From the NCBI GenBank assembly GCA_016176685.1, contig JACOWS010000002.1, positions 30,608 to 94,607 on the forward strand: DNA of 64,000 bases, read 5' to 3'. The notes beneath the pieces are model-generated. The model was not told the origin of the DNA, ran no database searches, and worked only from the letters and a program-made list of their open reading frames with translations. This DNA is from Patescibacteria group bacterium. Its GTDB lineage: Bacteria > Patescibacteriota > Minisyncoccia > Phycocordibacterales > SBAW01. Below are positions 54,979 to 63,731 of the stretch, one piece after another. Position 1 is the first letter of the stretch. Each line of letters opens with the position of its first letter. Both the position numbers and the translations under genes were made by a program.

Positions 54979-55362
54979 TTAGCCTGCCCTGCGGAAGGTC
55001 TTGCTTTCCCACTCGGAGAGCGCATTTCTGGCCGACCCCAATGCACCGCTGAACAGCCTTTCGGCAAGTGCAACAACCATGGCCTCGGCCTCTTGCGGAC
55101 TTTCTGCCTGGGCGGTCAGCTCCTTGTAGAGCTGGTCGGCAATCATCCGCGCCCCCTCCTCAAACGAGGGGTCAAAGGGGCGGCCTTGCTGCCGCTCTAT
55201 GCCCCCCTTAGCCAAAAGGTGCGCAAGCTGCCCAAGTGCCTCTGCAGGGCTCACGTGCCCCTGGAAGGACACAAAATCGTAAGCTTCTTCCAAGGCCCCC
55301 TCAACAGCGTGCTGGCGCGCGGCGCCGCGCTCCATCCATGCGTCATGGTCAAAGTCAGACAT
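54979..55362 (-). CDS. Acidic hypothetical protein (127 aa) in a GC-rich patch
   Basis: Intact ORF; local GC is clearly higher than the flanks. Confidence 0.4.
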   Translation of the reverse strand: MSDFDHDAWMERGAARQHAVEGALEEAYDFVSFQGHVSPAEALGQLAHLLAKGGIERQQGRPFDPSFEEGARMIADQLYKELTAQAESPQEAEAMVVALAERLFSGALGSARNALSEWESKTFRRAG

Positions 55363-55460
55363 GCTCTCCTCCTTTCTAGCTGATGCAGTCTTAAAATACT
55401 ATATCACATTATATAAAATTTGTCAGACCTCCGTGGGGCGAGGGGTGCGTGTTTCAGCAT

Positions 55461-57302
55461 CTAGTACCCTATTGGTGCCGGCATGTCCAAAAGGTCCTTC
55501 ACCTTTCGCACATAATTTGCGGGGGTATCGGTCGTGCAGTCGGTTTGTACCGCGCCATTGCGGAAAAGAAATACCCCTCCAAGTTTGTTATCGAGGATAA
55601 ATTGCCGCGTGTCGTACATAAGGTTTTCGTCGTCGCTCATGTCGGCGACAACAAACATTTTCTTTTTCTGCCACGAGGTGGGGGTACCGTTTGCCGCAAG
55701 CTGCATTTGGGCAGTAAGGCGGTTGACAACGGTGTCGGTGCGGTTGTTGCACTGCCCGCCAGGAAAGAGCCAAAGCGACACATGGTCGAATTTTTTAAGC
55801 AAGAGCGGCCCCAGCGCGCTTACTCCGGAGGTATTGTTACCCCACGCACCCCACGAATTGACCATGATGGCCAGCCGCGTGTTGGGGCTTAATGTATTTA
55901 TAGCGCTGGTATAGTTGTTGAAAAAGGTGCGCGTCTGCGCCGTGGTTCGATCATCTTGCACCTCCCAGTCAAGCCAGATACCCGCAATATACTGCGTGAG
56001 GGATCCGTCGAACGCCTCGGGGGGGATGTAGCAGGTGTCCCCCACCCAGGGTTGCGTCCGGTTGACACTCTCGGTCATATACTGGTCGAGCCGAGCCCGA
56101 CTACCCACAAAGGCAATTTTTGACGAGGTACTCTGCAGGAGCGCGGCTTGAGACTGCATGTCAGTGTCATAGGAAGCGAGCGTGAGTCCGGCCGCAGAAA
56201 GGCGGTTTTTGATTTGAGACTGCGGCTCGCCCAGGGCCGAAAGTGTTTGAGAGAGGGTGCAGGTATCTGCTTTGGCGAGAGAGGCGAAGAAAGCGCGGTA
56301 CATTATCCCATTTACGTTCATAGGATTTCCTTCTACGTTATTGCCCGTACAAACCGCAGAGTTGGTGTCTGTAGCATGGCAACGGTTACCCCATATGGTC
56401 CAGAATTTTTTAACCCCGCCCACGGTGCCCCCCGGGGTACGCTGAAATGCGCTGGGTGAGCGAGAAAATCCGATCGTGGCTGGGTAGAGATAGTCAGGGT
56501 CATTTACAGACTTAGGTATGTTGTTCTGGAAAACGACAAGCCCGTTGTTGGCTGGGGACGAGTAGAGCGCCGACTCGTCCCAACAGTGTGGAAGTGCGGG
56601 GAGCCCCGGAATATTGTCGTCCGATGCGCCATTTGCGTATGTACACTGGTTGATGGTGTAGGAGTATGTGGTAACCCCAGAGTCTCCGTATGCATTACAC
56701 CCTATAGCTTTAAGCTCTCTGGGGACTGGCTGGGCAGCAGTGGCAGAAGAGCGATAGTAAACCACACTTACACCGCCATCGTAGTGAATACCGGAAGTGC
56801 AGGTAGGGTTGATACCGTCGAGCGTGTAGCGGATAAACCCAGCCCGAGACGATGCAAGAGTGACTGTTTGGGTATCTGTGTACGTGCTTGGGGCTGGCGT
56901 AACTTGTATCTTGCCTGGGGGAATTTCGATAATGTAGCTATAGAGCATGGAGGCCGAGGTTCCATCGGGGTAGCAGGCAATGGTGTTGAGTGTGCGGCTC
57001 ACCCCAATATTGAAAGGTCCTGTGTAGAGGGTACCGGTTGAACAGGTGATAGAGTTGCTGGTACCCCGCCAGCGTATCTGTGAAGCTTCGGGGGCGGAGA
57101 GCGTAATGGTGACTACGGAGGTGTACGTACCCGGTGCAGGGGAAATGGATGGAGGTAGAATATTCGTGGTACCAGAGGCAAAAGGAGCATTGGTAAACGT
57201 AGTAAAAAAGACTGTACTCACAGCGAGCACAACAAAGGCCAAGAGAATACTGCGAGCATCCGTTGATAAAAAAGAAGGGCCACGTTCCTTAAGAGTATTC
57301 AT
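55461..57302 (-). CDS. Large secreted/cell-surface protein with two chitobiase/beta-hexosaminidase C-terminal-like (CHB_HEX_C) repeats and a putative glycoside-hydrolase-like C-terminal domain
   Basis: N-terminal TM/signal. Repeats 'PGTYTSVVTITLSAPEASQIRWRG...C' and 'PSTYTDTQTVTLASSRAGFIRYTLDGINPTC'. Cys-rich C-terminal half. Confidence 0.5.
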   Translation of the reverse strand: MNTLKERGPSFLSTDARSILLAFVVLAVSTVFFTTFTNAPFASGTTNILPPSISPAPGTYTSVVTITLSAPEASQIRWRGTSNSITCSTGTLYTGPFNIGVSRTLNTIACYPDGTSASMLYSYIIEIPPGKIQVTPAPSTYTDTQTVTLASSRAGFIRYTLDGINPTCTSGIHYDGGVSVVYYRSSATAAQPVPRELKAIGCNAYGDSGVTTYSYTINQCTYANGASDDNIPGLPALPHCWDESALYSSPANNGLVVFQNNIPKSVNDPDYLYPATIGFSRSPSAFQRTPGGTVGGVKKFWTIWGNRCHATDTNSAVCTGNNVEGNPMNVNGIMYRAFFASLAKADTCTLSQTLSALGEPQSQIKNRLSAAGLTLASYDTDMQSQAALLQSTSSKIAFVGSRARLDQYMTESVNRTQPWVGDTCYIPPEAFDGSLTQYIAGIWLDWEVQDDRTTAQTRTFFNNYTSAINTLSPNTRLAIMVNSWGAWGNNTSGVSALGPLLLKKFDHVSLWLFPGGQCNNRTDTVVNRLTAQMQLAANGTPTSWQKKKMFVVADMSDDENLMYDTRQFILDNKLGGVFLFRNGAVQTDCTTDTPANYVRKVKDLLDMPAPIGY

Positions 57303-57444
57303 CTCACGATTATGACATGCCAGAGCGGCCTGTATAGGTATTGAAGTGTAGAGCGGTGTAAAAAATAAAAGGAGCGGCCCGGGAGTAAACTCCCGAACCG
57401 CCCCTGAACTTACACCCTTTCGGATGCAAACTGCCGCCGGCCGG

Positions 57445-57747
57445 CTAGGCCTTGAGAGCCGTGACGTTGTAGCCGAAGCTCTCGGCCAGAGCCACCGCCA
57501 GCATCTCGGTGTCGCCCAGCGGCATCGACAGCGTGTGGCCGTCGGCGCCCTGGATCACGGCCGTGCCACCGACCTTGGCGAAGCGCCCGCTGTTGATCGT
57601 CTTGCCGTCGCGGGTGGTGCCGTGGGCATCCTGCCAGCCGCGGATCGAATCGATCGGGATGAGACCGGTGTTGTAAGCGTCGATGTTGACGGGGACGGTC
57701 TTGGCGCGGTGGCGAGTGCTCGGCGAGAAGGAACGATTGCTGTTCAT
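57445..57747 (-). CDS. Hypothetical protein (100 aa) in a 65% GC patch immediately upstream of tRNA-Asn
   Basis: GGAGG Shine-Dalgarno 7 nt upstream of the ATG (MNSNRSF...). Confidence 0.5.
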   Translation of the reverse strand: MNSNRSFSPSTRHRAKTVPVNIDAYNTGLIPIDSIRGWQDAHGTTRDGKTINSGRFAKVGGTAVIQGADGHTLSMPLGDTEMLAVALAESFGYNVTALKA

Positions 57748-57965
57748 AAATGAACCTCCGTTTGTGTGTATTCGCTCCCCTGCCCTGCAAAAAGGGCTAG
57801 GGACAGCGAAATCGGCCACCATTGGCCGACCAGAGGAGCTTAGCATAGGCCAATTTTGGTGTCAAGCTCCGCGGGTAGGACTCGACCTAGAGCTTTGTGA
57901 CTCCGGCCACATTCTTGATATGACAAAATCCATAAAATTAGGTATAGTTTTTTTGTTCGACATAT

Positions 57966-58250
57966 TCCGCGGTAGCTCAATGGTAGAGCAGCTCCCTGTC
58001 AGCAGGCAGCCTCCCACAGGAATGTGGGTTGCAAACGAGGTGAATTCGGGGAAATCCTAAGCTTTGTCGAAGGACAATCCCGAGCCAAGCTCCAGATTTT
58101 GGAGAAGGTGTAGAGACTATCCCGCAAGGGAGTACTCTCAAAAAGAGGAAGCCCCTCGCATCCAGAACGGATGATGATATAGTCCACGCCCGCAGTAATG
58201 TGGGGAAACGTGTAAGGAGTTGGTTGTAGGTTCGAGTCCTACCCGCGGAG
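57966..58250 (+). tRNA. tRNA-Asn (GUU) interrupted by a 213-nt group I intron in the anticodon loop (mature length 72 nt)
   Basis: Exons UCCGCGGUAGCUCAAUGGUAGAGCAGCUCCCUGU / UAAGGAGUUGGUUGUAGGUUCGAGUCCUACCCGCGGAG fold as tRNA-Asn with loop CUGUUAA and G73. The 5' splice site is after U, the intron ends with G, and a GCAGG internal guide-like segment follows the splice site. Confidence 0.7.
58000..58212 (+). ncRNA. Group I self-splicing intron (subgroup IC3-like) within tRNA-Asn
   Basis: Contains blocks nearly identical to the Azoarcus/cyanobacterial tRNA introns: AATTCGGGGAAATCCTAAGC, GAGCCAAGC and GAAGGTGTAGAGACTA (J8/7-P7). No ORF. Confidence 0.7.
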
Positions 58251-58482
58251 CCCAGTCCCCCGACCCCCGTCTGGGTAACCTCTCGGTTTCCCAACATCTC
58301 GCTACGCTCAATCCTTCCTCCACGAGGGACTAGGCGTCTTTTGCTCTGCAAAAGCCGAGGGTAGGACGAGAACGAGGGGTGGGTCGGAGGGGAAACTATA
58401 GTGTCCCCTCCGTGGAGGAAATTATTCAAAACCGTGGGTTTTGAAAGCGCAGTCTCGTTATAGCGGGACGAGCAGTGAGTAC

Positions 58483-58501
58483 TCCTACCCGCGGAGCCCA
58501 G
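58483..58501 (+). repeat. 19-bp exact direct repeat of the tRNA-Asn 3' end (TCCTACCCGCGGAGCCCAG; first copy 58237-58255); att-like
   Basis: Read directly from the sequence. This is the classical signature of site-specific integration at a tRNA 3' end. Confidence 0.6.
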
Positions 58502-58537
58502 ATAACCCTTTGCGACGGCAAAGGGTTATCTGGGCTC
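58494..58537 (+). repeat. 20-bp perfect hairpin with GACG loop (gagcccagataaccctttgc-gacg-gcaaagggttatctgggctc); left arm overlaps the att-like repeat
   Basis: Read directly from the sequence. Confidence 0.6.
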
Positions 58538-58780
58538 ATCTATACGAATTGGCTCGTACCTATTTTACCCTAAACCCCTAGTCGCGCGCTCCGCGCGCGT
58601 GGTGGCTTTGTACCGCATCGTACGTCCCGATTTCCGTGCTGACTCTCTCGGGCGCGAGTACGCCGCGCCCTCGACCCCGCCCCGCCGCTTTCCATTCTTT
58701 CTTATTTTCGCGGGGGGGGGAATGCAAAACTGAATGGCAGCGGGGACGGGGACCCGAAAAATCCCCGATTTTTGGCGTAG

Positions 58781-58809
58781 TTGACAGAAATTATTAGGAA
58801 TCGTATAAT
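58781..58809 (+). promoter_or_regulatory. Perfect consensus sigma70 promoter (TTGACA-17-TATAAT) with an about 150-nt leader preceding the GC-rich ORF
   Basis: TTGACA at 58781-58786, TATAAT at 58804-58809. The leader contains an RNA-only 13-bp stem (two G-U pairs) and three GAACACGT motifs at 58920-58965. Confidence 0.6.
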
Positions 58810-58966
58810 ACATTGAGTTCTTTGAGAAAATCCCTTATTTGCCGTGGCAGAAAGCCCTTGAAAACAATCGAGTTTTTTCTGCTATGGCAAACCGAGGTCA
58901 GCTCGGAGCCCAATGGCCCGCAACACGTTCCGAGAGGAACACGTTGCATAACGGAGTGAACACGTC

Positions 58967-59617
58967 ATGACTGACAGGTTCATCATGTCTAGCCGCCAAG
59001 CGGCAGAACTCGACCATGCGCTTGAGCGCAACGGTTGGACGTCTGCGGACGTCAAAACGGCGACGAAGGGCAATACCCTTGCTCAATTCCGCAAGGTGTT
59101 GCTCGGGACTGCTACGGTCGTCGACAATCCTGTGACGAAAAAGAAGCAGTCGAAGCTTCTCGTCTCCGACGGCCACTATGCCGTCGTCGAAGTCGGCGAG
59201 CGGCACGATCCGGGCAGTTTGTGGCAGACTCGCCCGGGTCTCTACGTGTACGACGACTTTCGGAATCGAATCGTCGCGGCCGCCAAGCCGACCGAGACGG
59301 GAGCGAAGTTCAAGAAACTCCCGCGTTTCAAGCTCGGCCGCAATGCGACTGGTGAGGAACTGAAAGGTGCACGTCCGAATGGGATTTGGACGGCGACCGA
59401 TTTCTGTCCGTGGCTTGCCGCGAAGCTTGCGAAGCAAGCAGGTGGCAAGGACGGGGAATTCCTCAACAACGGCTGGGCCAACCTCTTCTTGGTCGAAGGG
59501 GTAAACGGCGAGGTCTTCGTCGTCGTCGTGGGCTGGTTCGGCGGCGAGTGGATCGTCGACGCGTGGCGGCTCGACGACGACTGGCCCGGTGGCAGCCAGT
59601 TCGGCTCCCGCAACTGA
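58967..59617 (+). CDS. Hypothetical protein (216 aa), about 63% GC, foreign-looking
   Basis: Long ORF with a strong promoter; no recognisable family. Confidence 0.5.
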   Translation: MTDRFIMSSRQAAELDHALERNGWTSADVKTATKGNTLAQFRKVLLGTATVVDNPVTKKKQSKLLVSDGHYAVVEVGERHDPGSLWQTRPGLYVYDDFRNRIVAAAKPTETGAKFKKLPRFKLGRNATGEELKGARPNGIWTATDFCPWLAAKLAKQAGGKDGEFLNNGWANLFLVEGVNGEVFVVVVGWFGGEWIVDAWRLDDDWPGGSQFGSRN

Positions 59618-60026
59618 CCGATTGCAACTTTGTGCGCTCGCCGGTGGCGGGCGCATTGACCCCTTGGATACTTTGGCCCTGTGCCGGAGTCCAAGGGGTT
59701 TTCGTTTGATATACTGAAATTGAAATTTCTGGCGGCGTTCCGATAACAGGGACAATAACGGGATAACGGGGACAGGCACAGTTAAATAAGCAAGAGTGTG
59801 GTATAGTTAAAAGGATTATACATTAAGCGATTTTTTATGATGGGTTATAGCTGGTCAATGATGGGAGGCGCGGGTATTTTTGGTTCTCTTATTGCAATCG
59901 TAATATTCGTGAACCTCGTTCTCGTCGGCATCTGGCTCTGGCAGCAGATCTCAAAGAAGTGACTACTTTAAACGAAACAGAGCGGCAAAAGCCGCTCTGT
60001 TTCGTTTTATGGATGGCCAAAGAATA

Positions 60027-60602
60027 TCATTCCCCGTACCAACTTGTGAGCCACCCGCGCATCATGTCGATTTCTCGCGACTGCGATGTGATGATGTTGT
60101 CAGAAAGCTCCTTCATTTCTGAACGCTGTGTAGAAGCTTGGAGCATTTGTGCCATCATGATGGCCATCTCGTGATGCGGGATCATCTGCTCGATGAACTC
60201 ACGATCAAACTCTGAAGTAGAAACACCTGCGAGTACTGCCGTGTCGCCACTCATACCGTCCATGTGCATCATACCCATACCGCCTTCTGGTGGCGCAGAG
60301 CCGAACCATGATTGATACCACGAACGCATGTCTCGATTTTCGCTCTCCTGAGCTTCAATAATGCCATTTGCCAGCGAGAGTATCTCGGGACGCTTTGAGC
60401 GTTCCAGGGCGACCTTAGCCATTTTTATCGCTCCCTCATGGTGTGGAATCATCTGGACAATAAAGTGCTGATCGATCGGATTATTGCCCCAGACCAGGTA
60501 TCCACCAAGAAGACCGAGTACAAGAGCTACGACACCTACTGCGATACTACTCGTATTCATGAGCGGAATATACCATATTTTGGAAATAGGGTCAGACCCC
60601 AT
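60027..60602 (-). CDS. DUF305 domain protein (tandem 'MIPHHEGAI'/'MIPHHEMAI' motifs; metal-resistance-associated family)
   Basis: Two DUF305 HH motifs and one N-terminal TM helix; alternative start at 60560. Confidence 0.7.
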   Translation of the reverse strand: MGSDPISKIWYIPLMNTSSIAVGVVALVLGLLGGYLVWGNNPIDQHFIVQMIPHHEGAIKMAKVALERSKRPEILSLANGIIEAQESENRDMRSWYQSWFGSAPPEGGMGMMHMDGMSGDTAVLAGVSTSEFDREFIEQMIPHHEMAIMMAQMLQASTQRSEMKELSDNIITSQSREIDMMRGWLTSWYGE

Positions 60603-60665
60603 CCCCTAGGGGTACTCTGTCAAAACAGTCGGGGAACCTTTAGTCTTTAAGTACTACCCTATGGA

Positions 60666-61202
60666 TTGATGGGAGGAGGGTCTGGTATTATTACAACAAT
60701 GACAAACCTATTTATACTCGCCGGTATACTACTATTTATCGCCATTGCGGTGGCGTTATTTTCAGGAAAGTTCGAAAATATAAACGGGGAAAAGGCGCAG
60801 TATCAATACAGAAGGAAAAACTTCTTTCTTACTCGAGCAGAGCATGAATGCTATGACGCTTTCGTCGAGGCGGTTGGTGCGGAGTATCGCATTTTCGCAC
60901 AGGTGCATCTACCTACTCTAGTTGACCACACAATTCGAGGGCAGGATTGGCGTGCCGCTCTGGCACACATAAACCGGAAGTCTGTTGATTTCGTGCTTTG
61001 TGACAAAGCGTATCTCTCACCAAAGCTAGCTATCGAGCTGGATGATAAATCACACGAGCGTCCGGATCGGCAGGAACGTGATCGTGAAGTGGAGCGTATC
61101 CTGCGTGAAGCCGGTGTGCCACTCTTGAGACTGGAAAATCACGGCAATTTTAATCCAAGCGAATTAGCTCAACAAATCAAAGAAACCCTTAACCCCAAAT
61201 AA
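60666..61202 (+). CDS. DUF2726 (NERD/restriction-endonuclease-like) domain membrane-anchored protein
   Basis: N-terminal TM helix; 'RKSVDFVLCDKAYLSPKLAIELDDKSHERPDRQERDREVERILREAGVPLLRL' DUF2726 core. Confidence 0.65.
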   Translation: MMGGGSGIITTMTNLFILAGILLFIAIAVALFSGKFENINGEKAQYQYRRKNFFLTRAEHECYDAFVEAVGAEYRIFAQVHLPTLVDHTIRGQDWRAALAHINRKSVDFVLCDKAYLSPKLAIELDDKSHERPDRQERDREVERILREAGVPLLRLENHGNFNPSELAQQIKETLNPK

Positions 61203-61248
61203 CATCCCTATAAACTGGAGTATGTAAGGATATTGAAAAAACAAATAT

Positions 61249-61749
61249 ATGCGTATAAATAATTTTTTCAAATCAGTAATTGCCATTGGCGTTTCGCTGG
61301 GAGCAGGAGTGATCGGCTCATTCTTTACCACACCGGCAGTTCAATCCAGTTGGTATCTGGAACTTATTAAACCGGCTCTCAATCCTCCGACGTGGATGTT
61401 CGGTCCGGTCTGGACGACACTATTTGCGCTTATGGGCATTTCTCTTTTTCTTGTCTGGAAACAACATCCTTACATACTTGAGAATGTAAGGATGTTACGA
61501 GTGTGGAGATGGGCGATCGCGCTATTTTTTATTCAGCTGGTACTCAACACCCTTTGGTCGATTATCTTTTTTGGTCTGCATAGCCCCGGCGGTGCGCTTG
61601 TTGAGATCGTGTTCCTTTGGCTTGCTATCCTCGCCACAATCATTGCATTTTATAAAATCTCCCGGCCGGCCGCGTGGCTCTTGGTGCCGTATATCCTTTG
61701 GGTCAGCTTTGCCGCTTATTTAAACTATGCCATTTGGTCGCTGAATTAA
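61249..61749 (+). CDS. tspO: TspO/MBR family tryptophan-rich sensory protein with an in-frame palindromic insertion
   Basis: 'FGPVWTTLFALMGIS', 'WSIIFFGL' and 'YILWVSFAAYLNYAIWSLN'. The loop 'KQHPYILENVRMLR' is encoded by the hairpin element. Confidence 0.8.
   Translation: MRINNFFKSVIAIGVSLGAGVIGSFFTTPAVQSSWYLELIKPALNPPTWMFGPVWTTLFALMGISLFLVWKQHPYILENVRMLRVWRWAIALFFIQLVLNTLWSIIFFGLHSPGGALVEIVFLWLAILATIIAFYKISRPAAWLLVPYILWVSFAAYLNYAIWSLN
61459..61496 (+). repeat. Family 3 hairpin element, copy 1 (AAACAACATCCTTACA-T-ACTTGAGAA-TGTAAGGATGTT), inside tspO
   Basis: 13-bp stem aacatccttacat/aatgtaaggatgtt. The second copy at 62618-62655 is identical except for one nucleotide. Confidence 0.8.
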
Positions 61750-62149
61750 ATCCAATTAAGCAAACAGACTTCGGTATAATTTCTTAACATCGTTCGAGTT
61801 AATCAAATCGTTCCAAAGGTTCAAATTTGGTCAAACCGGTGGGTAGTGGTGGCAACTGGTGATAGTGTGATGTACCCTAGGCACAAATCTCTCCACAGGG
61901 GCAAATAGCTGGCAAATCGGGGTGCATTTACCAGTAATTCACTATCTTAAACGGCGAGATATTGCCGGGAATCTGCCAAATGGCGGTTCGGAATGCATGA
62001 AGCGCGCGGAGCTCGTAAAAGTCGTTATTTTAATAGGGCCATTTTGAGTACCCGCGGATAAGACTCGAACTCTTGACTTGTTTATATATCTAATATATAT
62101 TACCTACAGATAATCTTTTCAGTCAATTCATTTCATAGAGGAGCTAGCA

Positions 62150-62428
62150 ATGCCGACCACAGACGATATCAAAAAATTCTGCGAAAGCATCGACTTCGAT
62201 TTATTGAAAAAGGCGAGGCGGAAAGAGTCTCTGACACCCGGCGAGCGCATCAAGGTACTTGCCGCACTCGCGTCGCCGACTCCATATATTAACGGTGGCA
62301 AGGTAGATGTGATGCGCAACCCCATCTTCGATCTTTCTTCAGTCGAAATTGCAAATATGTCTCGCGATAGAGGTTTCGCTGCAGCAGGCTACACGCCCGC
62401 AGCAATTGACTACATCCTACATCACTGA
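62150..62428 (+). CDS. Hypothetical protein (92 aa)
   Basis: Intact ORF followed by a hairpin plus T-tract (62450-62500). Confidence 0.4.
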   Translation: MPTTDDIKKFCESIDFDLLKKARRKESLTPGERIKVLAALASPTPYINGGKVDVMRNPIFDLSSVEIANMSRDRGFAAAGYTPAAIDYILHH

Positions 62429-62617
62429 AATGCCCGCCCAACAAACCGCACCGTCCACAACGCGAACCCGTTGGAGGACGGTTTCGCTTTTTACGCCAGC
62501 AAACAGGTTCGAACTTCGTAGGGCAGGCAGGGCAACTTTATTCAATCATGCGAGTTGTAAAGGAATATTGACTAAAAATCCAATTATAAACGATGGATAG
62601 AAAGGCATCGACCCCAT

Positions 62618-62655
62618 AAACAACATCCTTACAAACTTGAGAATGTAAGGATGTT
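62618..62655 (+). repeat. Family 3 hairpin element, copy 2 (intergenic, between convergent genes)
   Basis: caacatccttaca-aacttgagaa-tgtaaggatgttg. Confidence 0.8.
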
Positions 62656-62690
62656 GTGTGTTTGGAAATTGGCGATTGTTTCCCTGGAAT

Positions 62691-63407
62691 TTAGCGAGTA
62701 CTGACTAGCTTTTGGTACAGGCCGCCAAAGTATGAGGATTTTTGCCATCTGCGGCCGGCCATTTGTGCCGGTATAACATCTGCCAGTTCCCTGCCCCATA
62801 GGTCGACCGCGTAGGGCTCGAGTCTGGCGAGAAAAAGGTAAATTAAAAAACGCACCGGGTGCCATTTGGCCGGCTGTGCGTAGTCGACTATCACCAACTT
62901 GCCTCCTGGTTTTAGCACGCGCAGAGCCTCGCTCACGGATTTTTCTCTATATGCCTGCGGCTCTTCGTGCAGCAAAAAAAATAGCAGTACCCTGTCGTAG
63001 CTCTGGTCGGGCAGAGCGAGGGCCGTAGCGTCCATAAGGAGCGTCTGCGCATGCATCTCGGGCGTCATTTTCCTGCGCAGATTGTCTAGCTGGACCTCTA
63101 GTATGTCTATAACATCGAGTGAACCGCCGTTTTTTGCGGCGCGTGCCGCCAGGCGGGGCGAGAGGTCTCCATAACAGCACGACATTTGCAGGGTGCGCCC
63201 GGCCAGATCGTCGCCAAACTCGTCGAGCACGGCATTGCGTAGTGTTACGTAGTTGCCAAAAAGGATGAAGTTGATAAGCCACTGGCGCTCAAAAAAACGT
63301 ACTGCAGAGGGGCGCACATACGCCCACCAGTAAGTCTCCTCAAGATAGTCTGGTATTGGTGGGGCTATCTTGTGGGACATAGTTATAAAAAAAATACCCA
63401 GATACAC
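62691..63407 (-). CDS. Class I SAM-dependent methyltransferase-like protein (Methyltransf_11/RquA-like)
   Basis: 'PDYLEETYWWAYVRPSAVRFFERQWLINFILFGNY...LDVIDILE...LKPGGKLVIVDY'. Confidence 0.6.
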   Translation of the reverse strand: MYLGIFFITMSHKIAPPIPDYLEETYWWAYVRPSAVRFFERQWLINFILFGNYVTLRNAVLDEFGDDLAGRTLQMSCCYGDLSPRLAARAAKNGGSLDVIDILEVQLDNLRRKMTPEMHAQTLLMDATALALPDQSYDRVLLFFLLHEEPQAYREKSVSEALRVLKPGGKLVIVDYAQPAKWHPVRFLIYLFLARLEPYAVDLWGRELADVIPAQMAGRRWQKSSYFGGLYQKLVSTR

Positions 63408-63439
63408 TCAACAATAGCACGGTGGCCAGACCGAGTGGA

Positions 63440-63731
63440 TTTTTTTATCAACATCAGGCATACTAGCGGCAGACAGACCCGAGGGAGTGTTTGGCATAGT
63501 AAGCCGCGCAAGGGGTCACCCATCCTTTTGTGCGGAGATGAGGTGCCAAGCACACTTCTTTTAGACGACCGCGGTGGAAGTGATCTCCCCACCGCTCTTC
63601 GTTTAGACAGAAGAACCCCCGGTTGCCGCTCGGGAGCGCGCGAGCTCTGGTGCCTTATACGCTGGAGGCACACCAAAGCTATCGCCCCCCGAGCGGCACT
63701 TTTACACCACCCCTAGCCGGGTGGTGTTTTT
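63440..63731 (+). ncRNA. Candidate structured RNA (about 290 nt, GC-rich) ending in a strong intrinsic terminator (63704-63731); class unknown
   Basis: A 340-bp gap without a credible ORF. Long-range complementarity (gccgctcggg...cccgagcggc) and nested hairpins. Terminator acaccaccc-ctagcc-gggtggtgt plus T5 on the plus strand. It could alternatively be the 5' UTR of the minus-strand methyltransferase. Confidence 0.3.

Noticed and set aside
63372-63716. 114-aa plus-strand and 97-aa minus-strand ORFs in the 340-bp gap before the zinc-ribbon gene
   Set aside because: Both have junk-like composition (Arg/Ser/Pro-rich) and no ribosome-binding site. The region is better explained as a structured RNA or UTR.
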